DNA of 64,000 nt from Octopus sinensis. Taxonomy: Eukaryota. The stretch's first letter is position 1, and the number at the start of each line of letters is the position of its first letter. The notes under the pieces are model-generated. The model did no database searches. It was not told where the DNA came from and worked only from the letters and a program-made list of their open reading frames with translations. Positions 33,718-47,249 of this stretch are shown here, piece after piece. The stretch lies in the NCBI RefSeq assembly GCF_006345805.1, contig NW_021831989.1:62001-126000 (forward strand), written 5' to 3'. Position numbers and translations under genes: made by a program.

Positions 33718-36240
33718 TCAGTCAATTGTATCGGACGACAATTGGTTAGTTAATCTTATGTTTTCCTCTTTTAGGTAATTTAACTTAATTGTCAATTCCT
33801 CAATGCTTTTAGTTGCAGTCGTCTGTCTAGTTTGACATTCACTAAGATATAGCCATATTTTAGGATTACTTGATTGATTCCTGAATTAAAGATATTGTTC
33901 GTTTGTCTTTACACTTTGGAAGTGCAATTCCTTTTTGTATAATTTCATTTTGTTCTTTTTCAATGTTCTAATTATATTAATAGTTAAAATACTAATTGAT
34001 TCTCTTTCCAATTGTTTTTTCCGCTTTTTAGCTGCTGAATAAATTCATTTTCCCATTTAAAAAATTTTTCCTATAAAAATGTTTTCGGAATATACTTTAA
34101 TTATCTCAGAGGCATTAATGTCTCCATCATTACCTTCCAAAGTACTTGCGGTAAAAACAGTTTTTTAATACCTGATATTGCACAAGTATTCGACGTCCTG
34201 ACTTATTTTAGCAATTTCTTCTTTAATAGAATCCTCGGATAGATTGCTCTCAATAGTGGATAATATTAATTTCCCGTTCATCTCAATCATATTCTTATGG
34301 ATTTCCAACATCTAGAAATTTTGGCATTTTTTCGTTACATTTTTTTCACAAAAAAAAGTTTTTTGATTTGTAGCTTCAAAAAATTCCGAACTAGATTGTT
34401 TTATTTTGATAGACAACAATATTAAGTGACTCGTTTTTCTAAAATTAGTAATAAATGTACTTTTCTTTATTTAATGATTGATATTTTTTAGGAGTTATTG
34501 ATATATTATTTCTGAACCAATTTATAGTCTTTTCCATACTAATTCGAATATCTTCGATATACATATTTGAGTCTTGTTGAAGAAAATTTTTCAACAAACG
34601 TACACATTCTAATTTTGTTAAATTAATAAAATCAATGCCTCGAATATTCTTTATATCTTGATTAACACAATCAATACACACTAGGATGTCTTCTTTGAGT
34701 GACTCTAATCTGTTATTACCCACATTTGATAAAAAGCTCTCAAAATTTTTAAACGAATCAAAATATTCCTCTACTTTACTATAAATGTGAACATCATTAT
34801 CTTCATTGATAGTATTTTCCAATATCTATCTATTTGTAAATTTTTGCAACTTTGTGTATTTCAGATCGATTTACGTCAATATTTCCTCCTTTAAATTGTG
34901 AAATGTGTGATGCCACTTCATCAATTCTGTTAAAATTGAATGTCAAATGTCCGTCCAGTTGCGCAGAACATGTGAAAAATTTTTGAAAAAGTAAATTTAT
35001 TTGATGAATGTTTTCTGAATTGGTTTGTTTAAATTTCACAATATGTCGTCTTGTAGTGATCTCCCAATTTGCTACAAGAGAATTCAGAATCTCAAATGCA
35101 TATATTTGTTCGTCTTCCAATATCTACAGCTCAACGTAATTTAATACTTTAGTCAATAAACAATAAACAATTCTAGTCCATTTTTCTCTTTCTTTTCTTA
35201 ATTTAGCTGTGTCTTCCTCAACACGACAAGCGTAGAGTTCGTGCAATTGAACATAATTATTGATCATTTCAGCATTTTTATTGCAACTTTCTCGATTATC
35301 TTTAATCTAATTCAGGAATTTTGAAATTTCAATTTCTTACCACTGATTTAAGTTGATTTACAGAAATTATTGCATTTTCATTGTTTATTTTTGAGAATTC
35401 CAACTCCCTTTATTTATTAGGTCTATTTCAAAAACTTTGTCAGCTGATCTCTTATCTTTTTATATTCATCGATCTTGTTGGCCAATTTCTTATTCTTTAC
35501 GTTTTGATTATCCAAATCTTCTTTAAAACTGTTTCATTATTTCTATAAAACTACTTTCGAATAATCTTCGGGATCCTCATATAATAACCAATATAGTCAT
35601 TTCGAATTTTATTGAGAAGACATTCACGCTCTGGACAGTCTATATTAACTTGACTAGATATTTCTCTAAAAAATAAGTCAAATTTTGAAGCTGATTTTTC
35701 TATAATTTCCACGATTTTTTCCTAAAATTAAAAAAAATTTACTTTATCAAATTTTTTTAGATTTGAAATTTTTTTGAAAATTGAAGGTGCCTCGTTATTA
35801 AATTTTTTTGCAAGTTTTATCACAGCGTCTCGGCTGTCTGGGAGACTGATTTTTTAAGTTTCAATAAGTTACATTTGAGGAAGAAAAAATGGATATTGTG
35901 GATTTATTGTAGGCTGTGCATCAATCATTTTCACCTGTTGAAAATTAGAATAGTATACTTTTTTTCTGTCAATCCGAACAATAGAAATGTCGTTCTTTTT
36001 TATTTTGGGTTGTTTTTTAACATGAAATTTATTTTTCTCTAAGAGAAATGAGATATCATTTCTGACAACTTGTTTTTCCTTACTCTCTAAATAAGTTGTG
36101 CTATTTATCTACCTGAGGAATGATAGCTATTTGTTTTTGAGGGTAAATAGCCTCAATTATTTCTAATGGAATTGAGTCGTCATATAAATCTGATTTACTT
36201 AGGAATATAATAATTTATACCTAATTGATTCATATTAATT
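33718..36240 (-). CDS. AXDND1: Axonemal dynein light chain domain-containing protein 1; 5' boundary approximate
   Basis: ISSQVNIDCPERECLLNKIR (p28-type light-chain motif) and KNAEMINNY..L.EL...RVEED..KL.KE...W...Y.L..K resemble AXDND1; coiled-coil C-terminus; probable stop 33718. Confidence 0.72.
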
Positions 36241-36678
36241 GCATAGAGACTGTAGTTTATTAAAATGTCACAATATTTAAAAAAAACGTTATAAAATAAA
36301 TAATAACTTGTTAATATAAAATATTGGCTTTTTTGAATTCTATAATTAATATTTAGATTAAATCTTAAAACCAAATGAAAATAAAAATGATATTTTTGAA
36401 AATAGCTCTAAAATAACTATTAATTTCAAATGTATAGGAAAATAATGAAATTTTAAGAATGCATTCTTAAAATATTTAAAGTTTTTTGGCGTATGACAAC
36501 AAACCTCTATATCGGATTAAATCCGTAAGAACTAAACAGATTAGGTTGTAAGTTTTGAAAGAATTAATAAATATGCTTATTAACAAAAAGAAACTAATTA
36601 ATCTCCTAAGTTCAGAGCTTTCGAAATAAACAGAAGAAAAATTAATACAAATAATTTCGTTAAGTAATAAGTATCAGA

Positions 36679-37880
36679 CTAAAAATTTGTTGGATTTGAA
36701 CGGTTTTTAGGTCGGGCAATCGATAGGCGCTAAAAATTAATCAAAATAAATTACTGAGTGGTAGGCGTCTAAAACTGAAGACTAGAAAACTTAAAGTACA
36801 TCAAAATAAACCTCTGTGTTTTTCTAAAATATACACAATTTAACATCAACCAAAGATTCGCCTTGAGATATATCAATTTCAGGCAATGAATTTTCAGCTT
36901 CAACAGGAAGTTCACTAAATCGTATTTTTTTCCTTTGAGAATGTCTGCTCATCCCCATCATCGGCATATCTTTAAATAGATTAGCCTTTTCTAAAATTGA
37001 CATTCTTGGATTCTGCTTTTCTGCTGGTTCTGTGAAGTTAATGCTTTTCTCTACGGGCGATGGAATTTTTTTTGGCCTTAGCTGAACAACTGGAGGTTTC
37101 GTATCAGTTAAATTTGTTAATGGTTTTGGTTTTGGAGGTTGAGTGGCATTTGCCATTGCTGGCATGTTTTTAAACATGTTAATTTTATCTTTTATCGACA
37201 TTCTTCCAGGATCTACGATTTTAGGTTCTTCAGTCTTTTCAGGCTGTTCAGAATTTTCTATATTTTTTGACGTGGATTTGTTTTCTTGTAGATTACTTTC
37301 CTTGTTATTTCTTTCGGGGAATGTTAATTTTGTTTCTTGCTTCTGTATAGTTTCGGTATTCTCCTCGATTAAACTTGGTTTTTTTTCCTGTTGTGGCTGA
37401 GATTCTTCAATTTTTTCAATTTTTGGTAATTCTTGGTAGTCTATTATTTTTCCAGCACTTTCATCAAATTTTTTCACAGTGACCTCATTTTGTTTGGCAT
37501 GAAAAAACTATATAAATTTTATGATTACTAGCACTTTCATGGTACTTTCTTCAATTGGAGGACTTCTATCTGCAATACCATCGGGATTTTTTTCCAATTT
37601 TTCAGTTTCGTTTCCATTGAAACCTACTTTTAGATTTTGATCCGATTGTGGCTTGTGGGTAGTGTCAGGTTCAACAATCACTATTGGATTTTGACAATCA
37701 GATTGGATTTCCACCTTTTTTTCACTTTTTTCTTTATGTTTCTTAAAGTATGATTAAGCTACGTTTTTAACATACTTGGTCAGTCATTTCGAATCTATTA
37801 TTCCACTCTTCGTCCCAGGCTGCACATGCTCTAGCAAGAGCAGCCATTCTTTCTTTAAGGCTAGGCATTCTTCTCTGCAT
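36679..37880 (-). CDS. Unknown low-complexity protein A with repeated S-[IL]-K-[DE]-[RK]-like motifs
   Basis: ATG 37880 MQRRMPSLKERMAAL; exons 37508-37740 and 36824-37500 contain SIKDKINMF and SILEKANLFKDMPMMG; last exon RLSIARPKNRSNPTNF*. Confidence 0.65.
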
Positions 37881-38044
37881 TGGCTAAGTTCAAAACGACT
37901 AATTTGGAATTTTGCGTAATTCCCTAAAATACTTATTTAAGCTTCGACCTTCCTATACGCTAAATACAGATTAATATTATTTATTACTTCCGTATTGCTA
38001 ATTAATATTTAATAAGAGAGATTTGAATTCTTTTTTACAGTTCT

Positions 38045-38250
38045 ATCACAAAATAACTAGCATGAGTTGGAGTACTATGTCAGAGTGTTTGTGCCCCTAG
38101 CTGTCAAGAGATCAAGGACCTTCTACTTGGAATCTGCTCCAACGAATTTCTCTATTTAAGGAGAATGTTACTGGCGACCCATCTGGGCACCGCTATTTAG
38201 CAGAATGAATTTCTCGGGCTATATCTTGAGTAAGCATCCCTATTAATTTC
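38045..38250 (+). mobile_element. CRE family B 3' remnant
   Basis: RVFVPLAV..GPSTWNLLQRI..VTGDPSGHRYLAE.IS parallels the C-terminus of the element at 59010-62106. Confidence 0.7.
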
Positions 38251-38630
38251 CAGAAAGATGATACAATGAATGAAAAAATGTGATAATAGAAAATCGGTTT
38301 AAATTTAGGTTTTGAGTTAAAATAAGTACAAAAAAATAGTCATAACAAAACTAAAGTCTATGCTGGAGCTTATCTAACAAAGAGCAACCAATGATGAAAT
38401 ATTTTGATTGTAAAATCAGACAGATTATTATCGTTTAAACACAAAAATCAGAATGGAAATATTTATGTTACAAATCTCGCAGATCAAAAGTTAAAACATC
38501 TTTAGTTAAATGACCCTGGTGGTTATTGATTACAAAGCGCCAAATTCTCTTCTGTAGTCGATTATTAACCCATTTAATTTATAACTCAGGTCAGTAATTA
38601 TTATCGTTAAATTATTAAAAGTAAATAATT

Positions 38631-39937
38631 TTAATAATCATTGAAATTAGTTGGCTTTTTAATGTTCGGATTTCTAATCATTGTTTTGCGCTAAATGTTA
38701 TAAACAATAAAATCATACCAAATGATAAATATCATGAAAAGACTCCTAAAAATTTTAAATTAGTTTATAAAAAAAACTTTATTCAAGTTTTCAGAAGATT
38801 GTTCTTCTTCGATCGAGAAAATTTCGATCAACGGCTCGTCAATTTTCATTTTTTTGTTGTTAATAGGAGTCCCCATAATTGGAATATCTTTAAATATATT
38901 AGCCATTTCTCTAATAGATTTCTTGTTCAAGACAATTTCCTTTTCTTCAGGTTTAATTTGGAAATTGTTATGTTGTGCGAATTTAGAAACAGCTTCACTC
39001 CGAAATGGTACAGTTGGTGAAGGAGTTTCATATTTACAGGCAGAACTTCTAACTGCTGTGGTTTTTATGAATTTAGGCTGAGTATTACTTATCGTTGAAG
39101 GAATATTTGTAAACATTTTGATTCTGTCTTTTAGTGTAAGTTTTTCGGGGTCTTGTATAATGTCGTTTTCATTTTCCAAGAGTATTGGTTTATATTCATT
39201 TGACATGGTTCGCAAATATTTTACTCTGTTTATACAGTCTGTATTTGATGATGTTTCAGTAGTTTCTCCACATGGCTTGTCCTGATCGAGAGAGATTTGC
39301 TTACATACACGTATTTTATTTAACGAAAAGTCGGGTTCCTTTTTTGCTATTTTCTGTAATTGGGGTTTATTTTCAATTTTCTTAGTAAGACTAAAGTATA
39401 ATTATTTAATTGTGAACGTTGATTTAGTTGGAATGTTTGAACTATTGAAATTATCTGTCATAGATTTCACAAATGATTTAGGAATATTAGATTCCCTGAA
39501 CCCTGTCCCAATAGTTTTCGAAGTCTCTTCAGAAATCTGAATATTTTTTAGTATTGTATTTGTTCCATAAGTTTCGACTTTTTTTTGATCAAGAAAATTA
39601 ATCTTATAAGACTAAACACTAAATATTACTTTTCCTGGTCTGCGTGGTTGCAGTGTACTTTGTGGTGATTTTATGCCCAACATTTCAACATTTTGGTTAG
39701 ATTTATTATCAACGTCAAGAAATGGCGATTTTATTTTCTTAAAAACATGGGATTTTTTTTCCGATAAGTCACCTCGAGGTTCTGATCTAATTCGATCACT
39801 ATTTTTGAAAGAAAAATTTTTCTAATTTTTTTAAAAAGCATACTTACTAGAGCAGGGTCGTATTTAGTGTCAACGTTATTCATATTTTCTTTAAGAAAGT
39901 TGATTCTGTCTTTAATTGTTGGAAAATTGTTTTCCAT
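38631..39937 (-). CDS. Unknown low-complexity protein B, probable tandem paralog of A
   Basis: MENNFPTIKDRINFL, TLKDRIKMFTNIP, SIREMANIFKDIPIMG; last exon RKTMIRNPNIKKPTNF. Confidence 0.6.
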
Positions 39938-40295
39938 TCTGTCTAATTGTTGGAAAATTGTTTTAAAAATCACGCTTATTTTATTTTTAATTTAATTTCT
40001 AGGTTAATAGATACGAAATAATCTTCCTTCTTATAACAATTATAATTTAAGTTCCGCTTTTTGATTATTTTTGGGAATAAGTTAAGTTTAATCATTAGTT
40101 TATGTAAAAAATGGTCAATTGAGGCGACTTGTTTTAAGATAACCTCAGTTTTATGACAGTTTTTTTTACTTTAATCTAGTTTAACGTAAAATCAGGTTAT
40201 CAATGTAACCTTTTTAACGTCGAATAAAATTTGACATTATCTTCGCAGCTATCGATGGTTTTAGTGAAAAAATTTATTTTTATTGTTGACTAAAA

Positions 40296-42030
40296 ATGGA
40301 GAGAAAATTATTTGCTACTTTCACAACCAAAACCAATTATACCGAAATGACTCTGGTTTTTTTTGCAAACTCAGTCCTCTTTTTCACTCAAGGTCACATT
40401 CACGAATGGAAATCCCTATCTACGAATAGAATAATAAATTCATAGACAAAACCTTCAAGCTCATCCAGGTAGACTGACCATATAATCTGAAGTCTGCATG
40501 TATCTAATCTTTAGGAATGAGATCAAAACTCTTTTTAACCTCCAGACAGTCTTTTCCCACTTGCCTAGAAAATATTCAAATACATGAAAGTCGAAGACAT
40601 GAAAATCGAGTATTTCCATTTGCTCACATTCGACTAATTCAAGTAAAAGAGTATTCTGAAAAATTCCAAGAATAAACTGAAAACTTATTTAATTCTAGAC
40701 AAAAAATCCACATGCTACATGAAATTTCCTTATAAAGATAAATGATCTCGATTTCGAAAAGCTTGCTCAAATTTATTTAAGCCAAACCACATGGACACTA
40801 GAGGGGCTAAAGACTGGTCAGGAATGCCCATTTTGTCAGTATCCATAATTGTAAATGTTTGTAAAGCTATTTTGCTTGCTAGTATCAGGAATGAGTATCT
40901 TCTCCTCTTTACCTAAAGTTAGCTTCCTGAATCAATTTCGAGAGGTTTCTGGCCAACAGGCTACCCTCAGTAAGACAACTTTCAACAACATACCCAGAAG
41001 TATTATCAAAAAATTGTTATTATACTCTTTTATCATACTCGATTCTCCCTTTCGTGCATTAAATTCTAAATTTCCTTTGCAACTCGAGAATAAAATAAAG
41101 TGCCAATATGAAAAGGCGAAATTATTTGGATTTTTGGAAATTAACATTTTCTTTAAATACTGCCGCAAATAAATAAGCCCCAGGTTCCATGTTGCTCCCA
41201 CAGCCCCGTTTGCTGAAGACTATGCTATTGATGTTGGAATACAAATGTTGTGGGTTCTATTCCGAAGGAAGCAAGTTTCCAGCAGAGGTCAAGTCTTGTC
41301 ACCGTTCCCAACTGTGAGGCGACGAGACAGATGTAGAAAGGGGACCTTCTACCTCCCTTGATCACTTACCAATGAAAAATCTTCAGTATGTAAAACCCTT
41401 TGGGAAACAAATGACGTGCGGTGATCGACGGTAGGAGGCTGACAAATGGGAACTGAGCAAACCAGATATTCTCCACCTCTATTTGGATCCGAACAGCTGT
41501 ATTGAAGATTTGGAGGCTAATGTTGATCAGCACGGACAGTTCCTTCTTCCTTGGCTTTTTCATTTGATTAGTTAGCTATGACTGTTTGTGCCGGGTTTAC
41601 TATTCTAAGCAAGCTTGGAGGTTAATAATAATAATGTTGCTCCCACAAAAGTCAAGTTTTTCTAGTTGGATCCAGCGGCAATAGTACTTTCCCTGGTGCT
41701 TTTTACATATCTTTTTTGTATTTTCAAAGTCCGAATGTTTTAATTTCTTCTGTCCGTAAGCACCGTAAGATAATTTTTAATTCGACATTTTGGTAGGTAA
41801 CTCGGCATATATTTCTTACAATGAAAGAGAAAAAAAGACTCCTCTTTCACTAAGTCTTTTTTTTCCCTGCATTTGAAATCAGTGATGCTATTGGCAAACT
41901 TGCATGTGGATTCGTTCTGAAATCAAGAAAGGACCTCAACGGAGACCCACAATCGTCAGAAAACTATTGGTGTTTAAAAGGGTGCCACATGCAATTCTTT
42001 AAGTCAATATGTTGCCAGTTGTGTCTATAA
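40296..42030 (+). CDS. Unidentified micro-intron gene or pseudogene containing a SINE insertion
   Basis: ATG 40296, then alternating open segments (WTLEGLKTGQECPFCQY, GQQATLSKTTFNNIP, SDAIGKLACGFVLKS..YWCLKGCH) and short GT..AG intervals. No family recognised. Confidence 0.35.
41203..41633 (+). mobile_element. tRNA-derived SINE (431 bp)
   Basis: 14-bp TSD ATGTTGCTCCCACA at 41189-41202 and 41634-41647; (TAA)n tail; GCCCCG start with B-box-like GTTCTATTC at 41254-62. Confidence 0.78.
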
Positions 42031-42322
42031 TACTCTAGTTATTAACTAATTTTTATAGTCAAAAAAGTATGTTAGGATCTAAAAAAAGATTTTTAAAACA
42101 TTTTTCTCAAAAAGTCCACGATAGAAGATATATTTGGTTACTTGAAGAAAATAAAAGTTAATTACATAAAAGAGTATTCAGCGGTAAGATTAGTAAAATA
42201 ATGAATTCACCAATTTTGTTCATTATTAGCCCGATTTAAAGCAGAATAATATAAATTATTTGTTTTAATAATAGTATAATAAGATTAATCTTAAATTTAT
42301 TTAATGATCTGGATCATTTCTA

Positions 42323-44208
42323 ATGGGAGCTTTACGTTATTTCTTTGCTAAAATAAGTTTTTGTCGATTATGCATTCTCTCAATTCTATTCAAAGTTCTT
42401 CTGTTTCCTTTATAGTATGAGAATTTATTAACTTACAAGTTTCTCAACTGACTTTGAAGTTCACCGACATTGGCTTTCCATTGTCAGTACTCTGCCAATA
42501 AAGAATTGGTACAAAGACGTATTTTTAATATTTGATTTTCACTTTTAGGAAACTTCTCAATGGACTCTTGATTATCCACCTTTCTTTGCTTGGTTTGAAT
42601 ATATACTGTCATTCCCTGCTAAATATTTTGACCCAAACATGCTCCAACTTTCAAAAAATTCTTATGTCTCTGATTCTACAGTTCTCTTTCAGAGATCTTC
42701 CGTCATTCTTGCTGAGATATTTTATTTAGTCGTCATAAATCAGTAAATATCTTAGACTTGTAACTTTTAGGTCGTTCAAGACATTTGAAGATCATTTCGG
42801 TAGATTTAGTAACCCTTCAAAGCAGTTTATTAGGATTTTTATGATTTTCAACTTTTCCATCACTTTGGTGGACAGTATCCTTTTTTAATACTTTTTACTC
42901 GTCTTTTTATATTCCTTAAAAAATATATATTCATTTTCAATACAACTACCTCTTCATGGCCGTACTTATAATGTCTGTTACAGAAATGATCAAAGTATTT
43001 ATTTCTTTGTATTTTATTGGGAAAATATATTTTATCCGCTATTCTTTTTTCAATTTTGGTGAATTTAAAACATCTTTTTTTGCCTCTTGCTCCGATATAC
43101 GGAATTGTTCTATTCCGGCAGTATTGTGTAATTCGGCCTAATGGTATTCCTTGGGTCTCTATTTAGGTCGATGGGCATATATTTCGCTAGAGAGAGTACT
43201 CAATCTTGTAATTGTTGTCCTTGTTGTTTTTTCCTTATCTTTTGGTCCGTTCATTTATTATGTATATTAATAATAATATATCCTTGAAGAACGTGCTTTC
43301 GGATGTATTTTCGCGACTTTTTCCATTCGGAAGGGGACTCTGTCATTCTTATTGGGCTCCGAATTTTTGGGCTTTGTATTCAATAGCGGATAAACTACTC
43401 TTTCATTATGGTTTTGTTAATTTTTAGTTATTTTAGAATGCTATTTTGGCTTAAAAGCAAGGCTAAATTGCAGTGTAGTCGGACACATGACTGGGGGAGT
43501 TGTCAAACGGGTTGTACCCCTGTCGTTGCCCGACATAACTCCTCAGTACACGTTCTATATATACGTGGCATCTATTCTGGTAAAACGATTTATTATTTTT
43601 GTTTAATTAGTCTTATTTATGATTTATTTTAGCCATTCATTTTCAAAATATTGTTCTGCAGTGTCAAAAATGTTGATAAAGTTTTTCTCAGGTCATTGTT
43701 CGTCGGTTCGTTCGCATCGTTCATGTTTGGATGGCATGTCCACGAAAAGGCTATAATTATCCCTAATCTTTTAATGGGGTATGTTAGTAGTTTTTAAAAT
43801 TGTTAGTCTCTTACTTTTTTGCGACAAATTCTCTCGACGTGACATAGTTATATTTTCTACTGTTGCTAACTTTTCACTCATTCCTCTGATACATACGCCA
43901 AATGGTAGTTTTGGTAGTTTATTGGTTTAGAGACTCCGATTGTTCTTGTCTTTCTTTTTGTTATAACCTTAATTCTTATAGAACTCACACGAAATGAAGA
44001 AATGAAAGGATTGTTTTTCCTTTGGAAATTTGAAATGATTTATTTGTGTGGTTTTTTATGTGCAATCTTGTATTGCTATTTGGGTCATCCGTTTTTTGAT
44101 TCGAGAAAAGTCTACCCTTTTCTGCCGACGTTGATTGTGAGTGTTTTTGGGGCTATTGGGAATGCATATTTATTTGTCATTTCCTATGTAGGTTTACTGA
44201 TTAATTGA
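42323..44208 (+). CDS. ALG8: Dolichyl-P-Glc alpha-1,3-glucosyltransferase ALG8
   Basis: [32 protein letters not shown]|[49 protein letters not shown]. Confidence 0.95.
42875..42926 (+). other. Putative U12-type (minor) intron in ALG8
   Basis: 5' splice site GTATCCTTT, branch-like TTCCTTAA at 42912-19, no AG in the interval. Ending at 42926 (..AT) restores V-D-N-I-H-F-Q-Y-N. Confidence 0.8.
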
Positions 44209-46364
44209 CTTTGGTTATTAAATATTTTCTTTTTGGAAATTTGTAGGCTGCTAACGGTGTTTTGGTGAAAATTATTTAAAAATTTATGTTCTAATGATTT
44301 CTGTATAATAGCCAAAATTTGCAAGAGTCTGTTCAATTCGTTATTCACATGTTTTTACCACACGTGACTGTAAAATCCAAACAATTCAATTTTTTACTAA
44401 ATCATAGTTAACCGTTTTTAATTAGTTGCATCAGCTAATCTCCGGGAAAGATCAAAAATAGAATCTATCAAGAACGTTGAATTAAAATTTTTAAATACGA
44501 TCAAAGAATTAACGATCGACTGTTTATTACTGACTATTGTTTTTGACCAATAAAATTTTATTTATAAAAAAATAAATACGACTTCATAATCAACAATTTG
44601 GTTCTTTTGTATTTGGCTACCCTGAACAGGTAAAAATGTCTTAATCGAATCATTAAAATTTTCACAATGACAGCTCCAGATCACACTGACACAAGTCTTA
44701 ATTTGAAGAATTAGCACAAACAGTCAATATTTCGAACAATCCGGCTAGTTATATAATAAATAAATCAAAGAACAGGCAAAGTAAGTAACTAAAGGATAGT
44801 CGAGATCCTAAGGGTCAGCCCAACAAAGCCGTGCTGAGTATTGAACGACAGTTTCCGGTGATTAGTTTCCGTCAAAATCTTTTAACCAATGTCAAAAAAT
44901 TTGGTCACAGCCTTGCCGACGATTTTACGAGATTTCGAGAGCGAGGTGGACAATTTCGAGAATAATCCTCTTTGACTCTACATTCTAAACACTGAGGGAA
45001 CCCGGGGCTTCCATATAACTTAATCATTTATAGATTAATGTTCCCTTCCTAAAATTAACGAATCTCTACTGCATATAAAAAAGTATGTTCCCATATAAAA
45101 CTATTGGGATATATTTTATGGACTCGTAGAACACCAAATAAAATTTGATGTGGTTGACATCCAACTTATTAAGACATGTTCTCGAGATTGTTGTTAAACT
45201 CGAGTAATAATGTATGGAACTGTGAGACCAGAACTACAAAAAGAACTGGGGTTAAATTCCAACTAACAACAAAAACACGTTGTACAAATGTTTTATTACA
45301 ATTAGTTGAATCATTTGAAAACTTATAATAAAACAATATTTTTTATTTTCGGAAATATAAGTATTTTGTGTCTTATGTCATTTTGGAATACTTATTGGTC
45401 TTTGATCTCTTCTGTGGAATTAGGTCAGGATCGACTTTTGAAACACAAATATTATCCAATTTTTCATTAAGGTCTTAAACTAAAAAAACCAAACCTAAAA
45501 GAAGAAAAATCGTTAAAAACAAAATAAAACAAGGCACTGTAGTGTCTCTTTCAATGGTAACCACAATTATAGCATCAAAAAGTTTTCTCCATTACCACCC
45601 GAATCGTGAGCACAGAGAATTCTCCCAAGTCTTCTAGCCTTGCGTCAAGTTGTACTCCGTAAGAAAAACGTCTTCATTATTCCAAGCATCTGAGATTATT
45701 ATTACCACTTGGAGAAAAATTTAGTTTGGGTTTTGACAAAGCAATATTCAAATTTTACAATGCGATATTCAAATTTAAGATTGTAATAAATGTATTGGTC
45801 AGCTAGTGATAGGAAATGCAAGGTCTTATGTGCTCGGGACGTAAGACATGGAAACCGTTGCAACTGGACTTGCAGAACAATTTAACTGCATTTTGATGTC
45901 ATCTTCAGTAAGACTGAGTTAACAGAGGTCATTCGGGAGAGTTCGAAACTTTTGGATGTTCCGGATGCTTTGCCTACACTAAGGTGAGAGCCTCAGGGAT
46001 GGGGTCATTTCTGGATATTTTTCTGTTTGTGGTGACAATCATGCTAATGCGGCAGGAATCGTATTTTGATCAGTGTTATTATCTTTCTTTTCGCAGGACT
46101 GCAATAAAAAATAGATTTGTCCCAATGAGGAGGTCCACCGCAAATAGAGGTTGCACTGTATTTATATTTATTATATCTTAATGGTTCTTTATCTTAGTGC
46201 TAAGAGAGACACGTCCGGAAAACCCGGATTATTACATTATATGTCAGAGTCTAAAAACTGTAAGACTGATAATTTATCAAGTTTGATAGTATTAAATTTG
46301 GATTTTTTGCGTTAATTGATTATTAATAATTAAAAAACTTGCAATTAGTTGCTCTCCCTTCCAG

Positions 46365-46560
46365 ACAGAACAGGAACCTGAAGACGGTAAACGCCCAAAT
46401 AGATTCACTATTTTTCCGTGGAGTAATGGGAAATGTCCCGCGTGGAACTCTACGTGTACGGACACCTTTTCGAAGACGATATAATTGACTCCGGAATCAG
46501 TTTAGGTTCTGCCAAAGAATCTCCATGCGATTCTGAGGGGCAACGTCTTCTCTATCATAA
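46365..46560 (+). mobile_element. CRE endonuclease/3' remnant with internal deletion
   Basis: EDGKRPNRFTIFPWSNGKCPAWNSTCTDTFS, then AILRGNVFSI. Confidence 0.7.
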
Positions 46561-47249
46561 GTAGTTTTGGAAGATGAAATAGTGCGATAAATAGCCATTT
46601 AAAGATCACTATATTTTGACGACACAATAATTCAAGACTAAATAAGCTTGTTATTAACTCTTGTAAAATGATATTATACAAATTATTGGTAACTCAAAAA
46701 TGATGGGAGTTAATTATTTTCTTAGCCTTTTTCATGTCAATCTTTGACAATACACGTTTTTGTCGTTTCAATGTTCTTATTATTTAAATGCTAAAATTTT
46801 TTAACAAAAATCAGTTGTATTCAATTATAATTGTTGACATCTGATTTCAAAATGTTTGTTAATCTTTTAGAACATTGAGGTTTCACTGTCTTCCTGTCTG
46901 ATAAAAAAGGTTTCTATCTTATTTGTCCTGGAAATGGTGGTTAAGTTTTCTCGAAATGTAGAAAGTGAGTCTTTTTAGACAGGTTTTGATGCTAATTTTA
47001 TCCGATTACTCTGTTTGAATTCGAATGCGATTATTGCCGAAATTATATTTTTCGTTGACAAATTTATTAAATAAAGAACTGAAAATAATTTTTTACATAT
47101 GAATTTAAACAAGATTGAATCAAGGAGTTTTAATTTAATAATATCCATTTCTTTTTTTTGACACAATTGTTTGGCTTTCAAATAAAATTAAGACTTTTCC
47201 AGTTTGTTTCAAAGTGCGGAAAATTTTTAAATTAAGGACATATTTTAAT

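Noticed and set aside
41203-41275. Functional tRNA gene
   Set aside because: No convincing cloverleaf; it is the head of a TSD-flanked SINE.
43262-43289. ATATCCTT in ALG8 as a second U12 donor
   Set aside because: Sits at the 3' end of an ordinary 28-nt GT-AG intron.
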